From positions 35,278,001 through 35,342,000 of the forward strand of contig NC_090349.1 in assembly GCF_035084215.1 (NCBI RefSeq): 64,000 nt of DNA, given 5' to 3'. Within the stretch, counting starts at the first letter, position 1, and each line of letters starts with the position of its first letter. This DNA is from Heptranchias perlo. Lineage: Eukaryota. The position numbers and the translations under genes were made by a program. Shown piece after piece: positions 61,028 through 64,000 of the stretch. Under the pieces are notes generated by a model, which saw only the letters and a program-made list of their open reading frames with translations, made no database searches and was not told where the DNA came from.

Positions 61028-61550
61028 TAGAATCATAGAAGTTTACAACATGGAAACAGGCCCTTCGGCCCAACATGTCCATGTCGCCCAGTTTATACCA
61101 CTAAGCTAGTCCCAATTGCCTGCACTTGGCCCATATCCCTCTATACCCATCTTACCCATGTAACTGCCCAAATGCTTTTTAAAAGACAAAATTGTACCCG
61201 CCTCTACTACTGCCTCTGGCAGCTCGTTCCAGACACTCACCACCCTTTGAGTGAAAAAATTGCCCCTCTGGACCCTTTTGTATCTCTCCCCTCTCACCTT
61301 AAATCTATGCCCCCTCGTTATAGACTCCCCAACCTTCGTGAAAAGATTTTGACTATCTACCTTATCTATGCCCCTCATTATTTTATAGACTTCTATAAGA
61401 TCACCCCTAAACCTCCTACTCTCCAGGGAAAAAAGTCTCAGTCTATCCAACCTCTCCCTATAAGTCAAACCATCAAGTCCTGGTAACATCCTAGTAAATC
61501 TTTTCTGCACTCTTTCTAGTTTAATAATATCCTTTCTATAATAGGGTGAA
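61028..61550 (-). mobile_element. CR1-clade LINE 3' fragment
   Basis: YRKDIIKLERVQKRFTRMLPG...RGDLIEVYKIM...FFTQRVVSVWNELP; CTATGATTCT tail. Confidence 0.9.
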
Positions 61551-64000
61551 CATCTTGCACCTGCTAAGCTTTTGTACATTGTGGAGTCAAATAAGACCTG
61601 ACTCCAAAGTTATACTAGCATCTTCTCACCAGTGAGCACCATCATTGCAAGAGTAGCAGTATAAGTGCAGTTTTATGATATCTTCCCAGTCTACTACTTG
61701 TACTGTTCCTTAATGCTTTTTTTTCCTACTGTGCTGATTTTGGGTCTAAATTCTCTATTGTATCTCACTTCTTCCCAGTCATTCCTTTTTCTTTTAATTG
61801 TGTTTATACCCTTAACTTTGGTCAAATAATTCTATTCTTTTCACTTCTATTTGTTTTCATCTTCTACCTTTTTGTTCTGTCTTCAGTCCTCTTGGCTCAG
61901 ATGTGTTGCATAACTATGGACCGGTCTTCTACCTTTGAACATCACAAGAAGTGTTGATCACTCTGCCATAATCCACGAAAGTTGTACTTGTGCTATAGTC
62001 CTAAAAACATTGCAAAAGGCAGTACAACACAATAACCAGAGTTTAGGGAAAGAGTTAAATGCAGACTAAGGCTGGTAAGAAAGGGTAGGCTTACGACCGC
62101 TGAAGAAATATAACAGCAGGGGACAGAGGTAGATCATGTAATCAAAATTTCCATGTGTCTATAAAATGGTTGGGAGGTAGAGAACTAAAAGAAATCTGTG
62201 CCACCCAACAGCTTTCTTGCTTTTTTCTGTGGGATGTGATTATTTCCTTTTTCATGTGAATAGGAATTTTTAAGCGAAGGGCACTGTGCATTTGCAATCT
62301 CTGAAGTATTTGCTGATTGGCTCAAAGTTCAGATTCATCAAAAAGCAACCAATTGGTTTGCTTCATGTCCAATAAACACACAAGACATTTTCCCACACGG
62401 ACAGTACAAACTTTAATTATACAGGTAGATTTACAAAGACACCTCATTGTTGTGTCAGCAGGTTTTGCACACTAGAAACACAGACCATGACTGCCTCAGG
62501 TTTGATCTCTAATCTGGGCTGAGTTGATTTCAGTTGGGATGGCAGTAGGAGCGCCATAAATGATCCCTGGGGGAAGGAGGGGAAAAAAATTGGCCAGTGG
62601 TCCTGCTCCAGATAACTATCCCTTGGCCCCTGCTGGAAAATCTGTGTGTGTGTGGATCTTTGGCAAGGAATCAGCTACAACGCCCTCCACAGTGAATTGC
62701 GGTGGCCACACATAATGGCCACTTGAGTGAGGTTCTGAAGACACTTGCACCAATGATACAGTCGCTCAGCATAAGTTAGAGCCTGTAGAAGGCTTGGGGA
62801 GGAAATTGTTGAGGAAAAAACATAATTATTTACAAAGAAAACGATACATTCGACATAATCAACTTCCCCTCAGTACAAGATCTTTGTTGTTAGGCAAAAT
62901 CAGCCAAGAAGATGGATGTGTGGGAACTGCAACCACTATTTTTTAAATAATGAAGGGAATCGATTATAAGAATTTAGAGAAGCACTTTGTGTAAAACTAA
63001 GTCAGAAGAGTTTAAAATCAGGGTGATAAACTAAAGGAGCTACAAACTGAATCAGCATAAGGAGCAACTTCTACAGGCTTAAAATGTCAGTTTACAAAAC
63101 AAACTGATACCTAGTGCATAAATATTAACTGAAGTGTTCAAAGAGGATTCAGCTGATTCCGGATTCAGCTGGGAGTAAAAGGAGTCTGTCATTTAATAAG
63201 TATAAAGCCTGGCTATTATAATATAATCTCATTGCCAAACATCTGTTCTATATATAAATCATCCAAATCCATTGATTGAATTCCCACCTGTAATCTATTC
63301 CCAGGTATCCATAATTCTACTTATAAATGATCCAAACTATTTGACTAGGTCAAAGGTTTCCCAAGTTTGGCACGCACACCATTTATCAGGGAAGGGGTGG
63401 GGGACCTGAGCAGGATGTGCTGGCCAAGAACAAGAGCCACCGATGCAGCCTCGCATAGCCAACTGTAATCAGTTACTAAGCACCAGAAGCAGCTCTGATA
63501 CGTTTCACTGCACCAGCGTGACATTTCCCACACCAACCACCCTGTGGACTCTTCAGACTGTCGATATTGTGCTATATGTGGGCAGATGCATGGAGAACAG
63601 ATAGAAATTAGGGAAAAATTATGTCCGCTATGTTTTCAGCCATTTGGCCTGCTTGAATACTGAGCATCAGGGCCACCTTTTAGGCCCTGGTGTCTAGTGT
63701 TCAAAGAGTCAGAAGAGGAGGTCTTGGAGCTGTAATCAAAGAGTGGCCTCTGCAAACATTTTCTGTGGCCTGCCGCAGCAAATTTCTAGCCCCATTTGGA
63801 TGACTCCATAAGCAGGGGCCAGAATGCCACCTCCAGCATGCAAATGATTGCAAGACTGGAAAGTCATCCGGGATCCAGGGTCATCTCCAAGGCAGGTAGA
63901 AATACTGCCCTGCAAGAGATGCGGTCCAATCAGAAAGTCTAGGCCAGTGTTTTCAACCCACTACAACAGTCTAGTTTCAAGTTACCTTGGGTTTGATCTG

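Overview
Vertebrate nuclear DNA, most likely from a shark or other cartilaginous fish (inferred from HE1/HER1-type, LF-SINE-type and Deu-domain SINE repeats). There are three spliced genes, all on the minus strand: the first coding exon and CpG promoter of MORC2 (rest of gene leaves the window to the left); a complete 6-coding-exon TMEM248/TMEM219-family gene (309 aa, 13805-23454, probable 5' exon at about 48.7 kb); and complete RPL6 (267 aa, TOP/TCT promoter at about 60.2 kb). The rest is mostly retroelements: CR1, L2 and RTE fragments, many SINEs, and a Tigger/pogo relic. Two things stand out. (1) A 3.3-kb TSD-flanked insertion (29227-32523) joins a tRNA-derived Pol III SINE head directly to an EN+RT LINE ORF, has no ORF1, and has no TTTT terminator over about 3 kb of sense strand. 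It is a candidate Pol III-transcribed LINE whose internal-deletion product would be the local SINE. (2) Four Penelope-like insertions each have a 12-bp TSD and minimal hammerhead ribozymes; three are fold-back palindromes and two are nested. All calls were read by eye; no database searches were run.
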